Assembly: GCA_964630595.1 (NCBI GenBank)
Contig: CAZVVT010000001.1
Coordinates: forward strand, 248,575-312,574
Source: an uncultured bacterium
GTDB taxonomy: Bacteria > Chlamydiota > Chlamydiia > Chlamydiales > VFKH01
Reading direction: 5' to 3'
Length of the DNA stretch: 64,000 bases
This document shows, piece by piece, positions 6,878 through 14,928 of this stretch. The position numbers were made by a program, and so were the translations under genes. The notes beneath the pieces are model-generated. The model saw only the letters and a program-made list of their open reading frames with translations, made no database searches and was not told the DNA's origin. Position 1 is the stretch's first letter; each line of letters opens with the position of its first letter.

Positions 6878-6892
6878 TTTTGCTCATTCAAT

Positions 6893-6968
6893 GCTGGTAT
6901 AGCTCAATTGGTAGAGCACCCGACTTGTAATCGGACGGTTGCGGGTTCAATTCCTGCTGCCAGCACCA
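6893..6968 (+). tRNA. tRNA-Thr (anticodon TGT), CCA encoded
   Basis: Hand-folded. Acceptor GCTGGTA/TGCCAGC, anticodon loop CTTGTAA, T arm GCGGG-TTCAATT-CCTGC, and a 3' ACCA. Confidence 0.85.
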
Positions 6969-6986
6969 CCAGTTTTCTCTCTCTTC

Positions 6987-7068
6987 GGGGGTGTCGCCTA
7001 GCGGCTATGGCAAGGGACTGTAAATCCCTCGACTCCGGTCATCGTTGGTTCGAGTCCAACCGCCCCCA
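6987..7068 (+). tRNA. tRNA-Tyr (anticodon GTA), long variable arm
   Basis: Hand-folded, 82 nt. Acceptor GGGGGTG/CGCCCCC, anticodon arm AGGGA-CTGTAAA-TCCCT, T arm GTTGG-TTCGAGT-CCAAC. Confidence 0.85.
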
Positions 7069-7131
7069 ACATTTACCACATCCTACTAAAAAACCAACCT
7101 TCGACCGGGCAGCAACTCTTTCGAATAATAA

Positions 7132-7153
7132 TTGGGCAGCAATTGCTGCCCAA
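7132..7153. terminator. bidirectional hairpin terminator between the tRNA pair and a convergent hydrolase gene
   Basis: A perfect 22-nt palindrome, TTGGGCAGCAATTGCTGCCCAA, lies 4 nt past the hydrolase stop. On the minus strand it is followed by TTATTATT. Confidence 0.55.
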
Positions 7154-7156
7154 CTA

Positions 7157-7843
7157 TCATTCATTTAGCTGTTGAAGCCAGGATCGAAAAAGATCGGTGA
7201 CCGCCTCAGGCCTTTCCATGGGGCTCATGTGGCCTGAGCCTTCCACAATAGCCAGACGGGCGTTCAGTATGCGATCTACGAGCTCTTGGTGCTCTTCTAG
7301 GGAAAAGTTTTGATCCTGAGCTGCGTGAACCACCAGCGTGGGGCAAGTAATAGTGGAAAGAATCGAAATGCATTCTTTTCTTGCCAACATAGCCAGCTGT
7401 TGGTGAATAAATGCCTCCTCACCCACCTCTAAGAACATTTTCTCCACATCGCCCTTTGCACGAGCGTTAAAGACAAATTTTTCTACAATTTCGCCCACCA
7501 CTTCGCGAAACTGCCCTGCACGCACCCTCTCAATCAGTTTTTTGCGTCGGCCCTTTTTCTCTTCCGAATCGCAGCGCGCAGTCGTATTGAGCAGGCAGAG
7601 TCGGCTTACACGCGCTGGGGCACTGCGCATGACCTCTAAGCAAAGCCAGCCCCCCATAGAATGGCCTGCAAGAGCAAACTGCGCAGGAGCTCGGTCTAAA
7701 ATGCCCTGAACCATCTCCTCCGGAGTGCTTTGGGATGGCGAGATGACTTGAATAGAGGCTATGTCGTTTAACTGGCTGATCTGGTGCCGCCAGAGAGCCT
7801 GATTCGACAAAAGACCGGAGAGAAGAACCAGAGGAATGCTCAT
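7157..7843 (-). CDS. alpha/beta-fold hydrolase
   Basis: Nucleophile elbow GHSMGGW, N-terminal PLVLLSG and C-terminal GSGHMSPMERPE. I chose the start at Met9 (7843) because it gives an ATGA overlap with the upstream stop. Confidence 0.8.
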   Translation of the reverse strand: MSIPLVLLSGLLSNQALWRHQISQLNDIASIQVISPSQSTPEEMVQGILDRAPAQFALAGHSMGGWLCLEVMRSAPARVSRLCLLNTTARCDSEEKKGRRKKLIERVRAGQFREVVGEIVEKFVFNARAKGDVEKMFLEVGEEAFIHQQLAMLARKECISILSTITCPTLVVHAAQDQNFSLEEHQELVDRILNARLAIVEGSGHMSPMERPEAVTDLFRSWLQQLNE

Positions 7844-9780
7844 TCTTTTCGCCAGGAAGCTTCCCAACCAGCTCGCAGCTCGGCTGCAAGAGCTCTGTCA
7901 CCAAGTGCCCCAAGAGCTCTTTCTAATGTCTCTCTGTCTTCTGGTTTGCTGATACGCCTTATGGGCGCATCCCGTCCTACGATGAGTAGCCGCAACAACT
8001 CCCGATCTGCCTTTTCCGCTGCCTCTACCATTGCCCAAATGATGGCAAGATCTCTATTTTTCTCGTCAGTAATCCGCGACCAATAAGGCTCTGCAAGCAG
8101 CGCTTGCACAAGCTGCCGGCGCCCTCCTCTTGCAGCCCTCATACTTGCAAAGGCCAAAACAGAATTCCTCATATGCGACCAATAAGGCCCTGTTTCCTTG
8201 ACTAACTCGTCAAGCAACTCTTTTCTACCGCTCTCAGCAGCTCCCGTTACTGCGTGAAGCAACACATCATTTTTGCCTTTGACCGTCAATCGCAGCCAAT
8301 ACGGACCATCTGCACGCAGCAACTCTCGCAAAGCTTCCACCTGACCACTTTTTGCAAATCCCTCTGCTGCCCCACGAAGTGCTCTAGCTTTCCTCTCATC
8401 CGTTATCAGGCGCTCCCAAGGCCCATCTTTTGCCAATAACTTCCACACCAACGCAACGTGTCCGGCGCCTGCAGCCCCAATAGCGTCGATCACCGCTTCA
8501 TCTCGCGCCTCATCATTTGTAAAACGCCCCCAATACGGACCTTTCGGGTTCAGCAACTGCAAGAGAATTCTTTCGTCACCTTGTTCCGCGCTTGCCCGAA
8601 TCGCATCCCAAAGGGCTTGATCTTGTCGATCGGTTTCCAAGCCACGCCAGCCACGGGAAATGCGGCTCCAAGGCCCGTCTACCGCAAGCAGTTTCCAAAG
8701 AAGAACATCATCTCCTGCTTGTGCAGCCGAATAGATTGCCGCGCGTAAGCAAGAGTCCCGCTCATCTTCTGTAAGCCTCTGCAAAGGCCCCTCTGCAGCC
8801 AAAAGTGGCAGCAGAAAAGCCTCATGATGGCCCTCCGCTGCCCACTGGATGAGCTTTTTCAATCCCGCGGAATCTGCCGGTAGCAGCTCTCGCACAAGAA
8901 CTGCCCCACCCGGAGCTTCTATAAGAGAGGAGAGGATGTAATTATTCACCAACGCGTCTTCTTCTTTGAGCGCTCGAGCAAATGATCCCTGCAGTGCCTC
9001 TGTCCACGCCAGCTTGTCGTTTCCTTCATGCTGCAGCCTGGCCAAATTCCGTCGCAGATCCCCTACCCATGGACCGCCTCCTGCCCTCTCCTTGATGAAG
9101 CGAGCCAGTTCTTGCGCGAAAGGGAAGGGTGAGTTTTGGCAATAGGCAACAATTAATTCCGGCGCTATCTCCCCTCGTGCTCGCGCAGCTGCCATGAGCC
9201 CGGCTATGGCTATTTTGGCAAGGCGTGACGAGCCGTAAAACTCCGCCACAGCAAGCAGGTTCAACGCATCTTGTTCATCTTCTACAACAACATCTGCTTC
9301 AGCACCTAAAAGCACCCTTCTCGCCGCTTCGGAAAGAACATAGTCGGCTGGCGCATGCTCTACTTTTCCCTCAGCAACGTTGATCGACCGTATATCGATC
9401 TCTACCGTTTCCGGCAAAACGGCAAGCTCATCTCTTCTTAGCCTACTCGCTGCAGCAATACGAGATTGCAAAACCTCACTCACTCGCCCCACTTTGGCAA
9501 TGATTTTTTCTGCAACAGCGCGATCCTCTTTACTCAACTCAGGCAAGCGCCGACCCAATTCTTCGGCAATCCTTAGCTCGCCCCCAACTGCTGCCAGCGT
9601 GCGCACACGGCCCGCCGCCACCTGAATCTTGTCGTCAACGAGCTCTAAAGTCTCATCGCTATCGGGTCGTAAATAACGAGAAAGGTCCCCGAGGGAAATA
9701 CGCCCGCTCGAACCTCCTGATCCCGCACCTGCTGCCGCTGCCATGGATAGCGTTATAGAATATTGATCGGATACCTGCAA
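7840..9780 (-). CDS. tandem-repeat protein (degenerate ankyrin-like ~38-aa repeats), candidate effector
   Basis: 646 aa. The C-terminal half holds about 8 repeats of the pattern LLxxDGP(W/Y)xR(L/I)xxDExxDxAlxxAixxAAxxGxxxLLxxLL. The N-terminus is Ala/Gly/Ser-rich. There is no signal peptide. Confidence 0.6.
   Translation of the reverse strand: MQVSDQYSITLSMAAAAGAGSGGSSGRISLGDLSRYLRPDSDETLELVDDKIQVAAGRVRTLAAVGGELRIAEELGRRLPELSKEDRAVAEKIIAKVGRVSEVLQSRIAAASRLRRDELAVLPETVEIDIRSINVAEGKVEHAPADYVLSEAARRVLLGAEADVVVEDEQDALNLLAVAEFYGSSRLAKIAIAGLMAAARARGEIAPELIVAYCQNSPFPFAQELARFIKERAGGGPWVGDLRRNLARLQHEGNDKLAWTEALQGSFARALKEEDALVNNYILSSLIEAPGGAVLVRELLPADSAGLKKLIQWAAEGHHEAFLLPLLAAEGPLQRLTEDERDSCLRAAIYSAAQAGDDVLLWKLLAVDGPWSRISRGWRGLETDRQDQALWDAIRASAEQGDERILLQLLNPKGPYWGRFTNDEARDEAVIDAIGAAGAGHVALVWKLLAKDGPWERLITDERKARALRGAAEGFAKSGQVEALRELLRADGPYWLRLTVKGKNDVLLHAVTGAAESGRKELLDELVKETGPYWSHMRNSVLAFASMRAARGGRRQLVQALLAEPYWSRITDEKNRDLAIIWAMVEAAEKADRELLRLLIVGRDAPIRRISKPEDRETLERALGALGDRALAAELRAGWEASWRKE
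7863..8808 (-). repeat. coding tandem repeats (~114 nt / ~38 aa units, divergent)
   Basis: Example units: LLAVDGPWSRIS..., LLNPKGPYWGRFTNDEARDEAVIDAIGAAGAGHVALVWK, LLAKDGPWERLITDERKARALRGAAEGFAKSGQVEALRE and LLRADGPYWLRLTVKGKNDVLLHAVTGAAESGRKELLDE. Boundaries are approximate. Confidence 0.6.
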
Positions 9781-9810
9781 CTAGCGCATGCTAGGGGGCA
9801 GTCACACACC

Positions 9811-10452
9811 ATGAGAAAGGTTTTTTGGGAAAATCCCTATCAACAGGAACTGGCCACCAAAGTTGCCTCCGCACAGGGCAATGAGGTCCTTTTTACAGAA
9901 ACCATCGCCTATTCTTTTTGCGGCGGCCAAGAAAGCGATAGAGCGTGGGTGAATTCCCTTCCCGTTATGGGCTCTCGTAGGGAAGAAACACTCATTTACT
10001 ATCTCCTTTCCGAAGGACATGGATTAAAGCCCGGTGACGATGTCCTCATGACCATTGATTGGCCGCGCAGACATCGCCTCATGCGTCTTCATTTCGCTGC
10101 AGAGTTGATTCTTGAAATTGTGACGCAAAACTATGGGTTAGAAAAAGTAGGAGCCCACATTGCCGAAACAAAATCCCGCATTGATTTTGTTTTTGATCAA
10201 CACATCTCTACCCTGTTTGACGCGATCTTGCCAAAGTATGAAGCGATCATCCGTCAAGATCTGCCCATTCAAACGGGATATTCTGATGTCTCGACCCAAA
10301 GGCGCTACTGGAAGATTGACGGGTTTGCACAAGTTCCTTGCGGCGGAACGCATGTGCGATCCACCGGTGAGGTAGGATTTGTTTCGTTGAAACGCTCCCG
10401 CTCCGGCAAGGGCATTGAACGCATAGAAATCTCCCTCTCTGATGCAGGATAA
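9811..10452 (+). CDS. alanyl-tRNA editing protein AlaX-like (Thr/Ala-tRNA synthetase second additional domain)
   Basis: An HxxxH-type block (RRHRLMRLHFAAELILEIV) and the CGGTHV zinc motif (VPCGGTHVRSTGEVG). The start is set at Met17 to avoid overlapping the divergent gene. Confidence 0.7.
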   Translation: MRKVFWENPYQQELATKVASAQGNEVLFTETIAYSFCGGQESDRAWVNSLPVMGSRREETLIYYLLSEGHGLKPGDDVLMTIDWPRRHRLMRLHFAAELILEIVTQNYGLEKVGAHIAETKSRIDFVFDQHISTLFDAILPKYEAIIRQDLPIQTGYSDVSTQRRYWKIDGFAQVPCGGTHVRSTGEVGFVSLKRSRSGKGIERIEISLSDAG

Positions 10453-10957
10453 AATGATGGCCTTTATACGATACATGTTGATCGCTCTCTTCATGAGCTG
10501 CGCAGGTGCGCAGGAAGCCCCTCAGTGCTCCTCGATCCTTTCCTTTGCAGAACACCATTTACCCCACTGCGGAGTTCTACGTCAGTCGCAAGACCTAGTC
10601 TATGTTGATGTGGACGACAACTACATTCACAAGCTCGCGGCCCTCCTCCAAAGCGAGGGGTTTGTAGAGCCCCCCTATTTTCAAGAGGGCGATGGGGTTG
10701 GAGCACACATTACGGTCATCTATCCCCACGAGATCGCCCAGTATGGTATTGCCCAAATTGCCGAGTGCGGCGAGCTCATCTCCTTTACTCCCCTGCACTG
10801 CAAAATCGTCCATCCTCCCCGATTGAACGCCGACGAGGTCTATTTAATTGTTGTCGATGCCCCTCAGCTTGACCAACTACGAACTCGGTACGGATTGCCT
10901 CCCAGTCAGTACGCCTTCCACATCACCATCGCTGTCAAACCCGCCGCCGCCGCATGA
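10442..10957 (+). CDS. 2H phosphoesterase superfamily protein (LigT/cyclic phosphodiesterase-like) with N-terminal signal peptide
   Basis: Two H-x-T-x motifs lie ~78 aa apart (GAHITVIY and AFHITIAV). The N-terminus is hydrophobic, MMAFIRYMLIALFMSCAGAQE. The gene overlaps both neighbours. Confidence 0.5.
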   Translation: MQDKMMAFIRYMLIALFMSCAGAQEAPQCSSILSFAEHHLPHCGVLRQSQDLVYVDVDDNYIHKLAALLQSEGFVEPPYFQEGDGVGAHITVIYPHEIAQYGIAQIAECGELISFTPLHCKIVHPPRLNADEVYLIVVDAPQLDQLRTRYGLPPSQYAFHITIAVKPAAAA

Positions 10958-11328
10958 GCACTCTCTGTCCTTGCCACAGTAAACAGCCCTACGCAACTTG
11001 CTGCGCTCCCCTTCATCGCGGAGAACCCGCTCCCACAGCTCTTGCTCTGATGCGCTCGCGCTACTCAGCATATGCTCTCGCACTGATCGACTATCTTCTC
11101 TGGACAACACACCCGCGCAATCCGCACGTGGCAACACGCGACCAACTCGCCGCTTTCGCCCGTAGCACATCCTTTGTAGGGCTCGATATCCTCTCTGCCA
11201 CGAAAGATACTGTCACCTTCAAGGCCTACCTCAAACAGGGCGGTAATGACGTCTCCTTCACCGAGCAAAGCCTCTTCATCTTTGAAGAGGGGCGCTGGCT
11301 ATGGCTGGACAGCACGCGTCTTTCCTAA
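10954..11328 (+). CDS. ychJ: SEC-C motif protein, YchJ family (UPF0225)
   Basis: CPCHSKQPYATCCAPLH SEC-C metal-binding motif followed by ALMRSRYSAYAL. ATGA overlap with the upstream gene. Confidence 0.75.
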   Translation: MSTLCPCHSKQPYATCCAPLHRGEPAPTALALMRSRYSAYALALIDYLLWTTHPRNPHVATRDQLAAFARSTSFVGLDILSATKDTVTFKAYLKQGGNDVSFTEQSLFIFEEGRWLWLDSTRLS

Positions 11329-12500
11329 ACGTTTTCTGTCGCAACAGGCTTCTTCACAATCAAATTCCAAACACGTTCGAAGAGACTGCAGAGAGCGCCA
11401 TTGGCGAGGACGTTGCAGCAAGTGACGATGGGGTCGAGGAGAACGTTGAAGGCCAAGATGAGGGCGATCATTTCAGGCGTGAAGCTGAGGTAGTTTTCGT
11501 AGATGGGCAGCATGATGAAGATGGCCCCGCCAAGGACGGCGGCGGTAGCGAAGCGGGCAAGAACGAAGACGACACTGAAGAGCATCCAGTCCGCAAACGG
11601 TGGAGGATGGCCGTTGAATTGACAGTAGATCAGGAAGCAGAGGAAGGCGTTGGTGATGCAGTCGCCGATTTGCTGGATGTTGGTCGTGGCAGGAATGACC
11701 GCTTTGGCGAGGTCGGGATTGTCGAGGTTTTTGGCAGCGCCTTCGATAGTAAGGGGCATCGTGGAGAGGCTACAGCCCGAGCTAAAAGCAAGCGCCCCTG
11801 CCGGCAGGAGATTGCGGATTCTTGTCTTCAGCGTCCCTTTGCTACCAAGGGCGAAGAGCGCAAGGATGTAGACGACTAAGATGGCGACGAGCCAAAGCAG
11901 TACCGTGTACTGACTCACCATCTGCTTGAGCAGACTTCCCTGATACATGCGCGCAACAAATCCGAGCACAAAGAGCGGAATGAGCCGGGCGAAAAACTGC
12001 GTCAGAATGCGCTCTACGCCCTGTTTGCCGCGCGCGATGAACTGCCGCACGAGAGGAAAGCGAAAGGCGGCAATAAGCCCCAGAATAATACCGACGATCG
12101 TTCCCTTATCCGCTGACCACCACTGCGGTTTCTCCAGCGGCAATCTCCACAGGGGCGCAAAACTCTCTTGAAAAGTGGCGGTGTCTACGGCGGGCAAAAA
12201 CGTGGCAGCGAGATGGCCTGAGCCAAAGGCGTAGCAAACGCTGGCGAAATTGGAGAGCGCTTCGAAGAGGAAGAGAACGAGGATAAAGAGCGGCGCTTTG
12301 CTTTCAAAAGAGCAGATCGCATGAGCAATAAAAAAGCCCACCGTTACGGGCAGCACCCAAAGAAGCAGATCTTTGATGAAGAGACTGATGGTGTAGAGCC
12401 CCTGATGCGCTTCTATGGGCAGATGAGCCGCCAGCAGTAGGTAGAGCGTAATGCTCAAGATAATCTGCACACTGCGCTGACGCAAAAGAGAAAAAACCAC
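11325..12500 (-). CDS. sodium:dicarboxylate/amino acid symporter family (DAACS) transporter
   Basis: 391 aa and polytopic. Family-like blocks are AFSSGCSLSTMPLTIE (SSSxxTLP-like), VIPATTNIQQIGD and LLDPIVTCCNVLANG (D..DM.RT..NV.GD-like). Confidence 0.6.
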   Translation of the reverse strand: MVFSLLRQRSVQIILSITLYLLLAAHLPIEAHQGLYTISLFIKDLLLWVLPVTVGFFIAHAICSFESKAPLFILVLFLFEALSNFASVCYAFGSGHLAATFLPAVDTATFQESFAPLWRLPLEKPQWWSADKGTIVGIILGLIAAFRFPLVRQFIARGKQGVERILTQFFARLIPLFVLGFVARMYQGSLLKQMVSQYTVLLWLVAILVVYILALFALGSKGTLKTRIRNLLPAGALAFSSGCSLSTMPLTIEGAAKNLDNPDLAKAVIPATTNIQQIGDCITNAFLCFLIYCQFNGHPPPFADWMLFSVVFVLARFATAAVLGGAIFIMLPIYENYLSFTPEMIALILAFNVLLDPIVTCCNVLANGALCSLFERVWNLIVKKPVATENV

Positions 12501-12546
12501 TTCTTCCCGATCTTAGTGCTGGCTACTGGAATTCTTCCAGAGAAAA

Positions 12547-13371
12547 TTACAGCTTGCCGAGCTCGCGGGCTTCATGGTCAATAAGACCTTTTTGAACAAG
12601 AACGTCCCAGTTTTCGCGCATATATTTGGGGAAGGTGTCGTTTTTGGGGATGAGGGCCATCTCTTTGCGGACGCAGGCGTCGACGTGTTTCGGGTCTTTA
12701 TTGATGGGCAGGTCAGCTTCGGAGTGGGAGAAGGCTTCGAGCTTTTCGACGTACGTCTTGAGGCCGCCCACGTTGCTGAAGTGCCAGCCGCTTTTGGGCA
12801 AGATCTTCGCTTTACCACGCTTTCTGTACCACTTGCCCCGCTTGGTGCGGGCAGCGCGCACCTGCTCGGGGGTTTTTTCCAAAAAAAGGGAATAGTGGCA
12901 GACGGCAGAACCGATCCAGGGAAGGGCCGATTCGCGGTTGAGGAACCAGCGGTAGAAGTAGCAGTCGCTGGAGACAATGCCGGTTTTCCAGCGCGCCAGG
13001 GTAGAGACGAAAAGAGGAATCTTGCGAGCATCGATGAATTCGTCTAAGTCGGAGATGATGATGATGTCTTTTTGACTACATCCCTTCAGGCCGCGCATGA
13101 TTTGGTTGCGCTGCCACCTCTCTCGATCCCAAGGGTCGGCAAAATCGGTTTTCTCTAGCTTTACGTAGATGATCTTGTCGCTGTATCGCGCAAAAAGAGC
13201 GCGGTTTTCGTGGAAATGAAGGGGCTTGTCTTTGCCGCGAAAGGTGTCCTCAGCTTCCACAAGCACGAAATAGTCTACACTGTCATAAAGCTCCTCCAAA
13301 CGAATGAGCAGAAGATCTAACTCATTGAAAAAGATGAAGCAGTCGTAGATTTTTGATCGTGAAAATGGCAT
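12547..13371 (-). CDS. glycosyltransferase family 17 (beta-1,4-mannosyl-glycoprotein GlcNAc-transferase-like)
   Basis: IYDCFIFFNELDLLLIRLEELYDSVDYFVLVEAEDTFRGKDKPLHF is the characteristic GT17 N-terminal block. The start is set at Met37, clear of the upstream gene. Confidence 0.7.
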   Translation of the reverse strand: MPFSRSKIYDCFIFFNELDLLLIRLEELYDSVDYFVLVEAEDTFRGKDKPLHFHENRALFARYSDKIIYVKLEKTDFADPWDRERWQRNQIMRGLKGCSQKDIIIISDLDEFIDARKIPLFVSTLARWKTGIVSSDCYFYRWFLNRESALPWIGSAVCHYSLFLEKTPEQVRAARTKRGKWYRKRGKAKILPKSGWHFSNVGGLKTYVEKLEAFSHSEADLPINKDPKHVDACVRKEMALIPKNDTFPKYMRENWDVLVQKGLIDHEARELGKL

Positions 13372-13420
13372 TCGTTCAAAGATAAAAGTAACCCTCCTTT
13401 TTTGAGAAGGAGGGGATTTT

Positions 13421-14752
13421 TTAATCCGCCACGATAGAGAGTCGAGCGGTACTTGTGGAGCGGTGTGCGTAGAGCACAAGCGCTGTCATGTGAGGGATCG
13501 CCATCGCCGCCATGAAGAGGTCGATCACTGACCAAATCACCGTTACTGAAGAGATGGCTCCCACCACAATCATGATCGCCGTCAGCCCCAAGTAGAGCTT
13601 TCTGCCCTTGCCGCTAAACAGGTAATCAAAGGCTTGACCGCCGTTGTAGCTGTTGCCCAAGATCGTGCCAAAACCAAAGAGGAAGGCGCTGATCGAAACG
13701 ACAGCAATCCCTGCCGTGGAAAAATAGCTCTGGAAGGAGGAGGCGACCATGCTAATGCCGATCGGGAGATCGGGGTCGGCCCACGTGCCTGTAATCAGCG
13801 CGACCATGCCCGAAAGAAAGGCAACCGCTCCGGCCGTACAGGTCGAGATCATTGCCAAGCTACCCTGCTTGTCGCTGTCCTCTGTTTCGGCTGCAGAGTG
13901 CGGAATGGACTGTGTTCCCACTCCCGCTTCGGAAGCCTGAGTGCCCTTAAAGATCCCCCAACGAAGAGCCATCACAACTCCGCCCACCATCGCCCCACCG
14001 ACGATCTCTGTGGGATGAACGAGGGAGCTGAAGAGAGAGGCAAAAAGAGCTGGCAGAGCAGAGAGGTTGCTGAGAATGATCCAGAAGCTTGCTCCCACGT
14101 AGAGAACGAACATCGTGGGCACCAACTTCGAGGAGAGCGCTGCGATACGCTTAATCCCGCCCACTAAGGTGAGCATGATGAGGACGGAGAGAGCAACGCC
14201 GGAAGCCCAAACCGGAACGCGGTAGGAGCCGAGCAGGGGCGAATCAAAGATGGCCGCTAACTGGTTTGCCTGCGCAGCGGACCAAGCCATCATCAGAACA
14301 AAGCAGCTTAAGGCATACCAGGCCGCCACTTTGGGCGAAAAAAGCACCTTGAGGTACTGCATCGGCCCCCCCGAAATCTTTCCCGAGGCATCCTTTTTGC
14401 GATACTCGATGGAGAGCTTGACCTCTACGTAGGTCGCTGCAGCGCCGATAAAGGCCGCCAGCAAAAATCCTAAAAGCGCTCCAGGACCGCCCAGGCGAAC
14501 GGCGATAAAGGGACCCACAATGGTTGAAATGCCCAAAGTCGTCGACATCGCGGTCATCAGTGCCTTGTGAGGAGCTACCGTATGGGCAGAGTCCTCACTC
14601 TTGCGAAACATCGCCCCCACCATCTCGCAGAGAGCCGGGCCCACCTTCTTCTGCACAAACTTCGTGCAGATAGTGATGTAGGTACTGCCGGCCAGAATAA
14701 ACAGGCATAAACCAAATAACAAGTAATCTATTGATAGTAAAAAAGCGTCCAT
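13421..14752 (-). CDS. alanine/glycine:cation symporter (AGCS family)
   Basis: 443 aa and polytopic. The block RLGGPGALLGFLLAAFIGAATYVEVKLS and the overall layout are typical of sodium:alanine symporters. Confidence 0.7.
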   Translation of the reverse strand: MDAFLLSIDYLLFGLCLFILAGSTYITICTKFVQKKVGPALCEMVGAMFRKSEDSAHTVAPHKALMTAMSTTLGISTIVGPFIAVRLGGPGALLGFLLAAFIGAAATYVEVKLSIEYRKKDASGKISGGPMQYLKVLFSPKVAAWYALSCFVLMMAWSAAQANQLAAIFDSPLLGSYRVPVWASGVALSVLIMLTLVGGIKRIAALSSKLVPTMFVLYVGASFWIILSNLSALPALFASLFSSLVHPTEIVGGAMVGGVVMALRWGIFKGTQASEAGVGTQSIPHSAAETEDSDKQGSLAMISTCTAGAVAFLSGMVALITGTWADPDLPIGISMVASSFQSYFSTAGIAVVSISAFLFGFGTILGNSYNGGQAFDYLFSGKGRKLYLGLTAIMIVVGAISSVTVIWSVIDLFMAAMAIPHMTALVLYAHRSTSTARLSIVAD

Positions 14753-14829
14753 AAAAATCCGTTAATAATAATCTCGATGAATCCTGCATCGCAGGACGGG
14801 CTACACTAAAAAGATGGGAAAAGGGGTGA

Positions 14830-14928
14830 TTATGAATTGCAGGTGCAATTCTGCTGCTGGGAGGCGGCGGCGGCTTGGGCGGCGGACTGGGAATCGGATT
14901 TTCTACGTATCGGGTGTTTATAACACAT
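14830..14928 (-). CDS. small ORF (32 codons), Ala-rich, upstream of the AGCS symporter
   Basis: AGGAGG lies 5 nt upstream of the ATG. The peptide is MCYKHPIRRKSDSQSAAQAAAASQQQNCTCNS. Third codon positions are C-rich like the bona fide genes. It is too short for the ORF track. An ORF on the opposite strand has poor codon usage. Confidence 0.4.
   Translation of the reverse strand: MCYKHPIRRKSDSQSAAQAAAASQQQNCTCNS

Noticed and set aside
6908-7168. An 86-aa ORF spanning tRNA-Thr and tRNA-Tyr. Likewise, ORFs 28575-28760 and 28634-28999 span tRNA-Val and tRNA-Asp.
   Set aside because: These regions fold into canonical tRNA cloverleaves. The ORFs are read-through artefacts.
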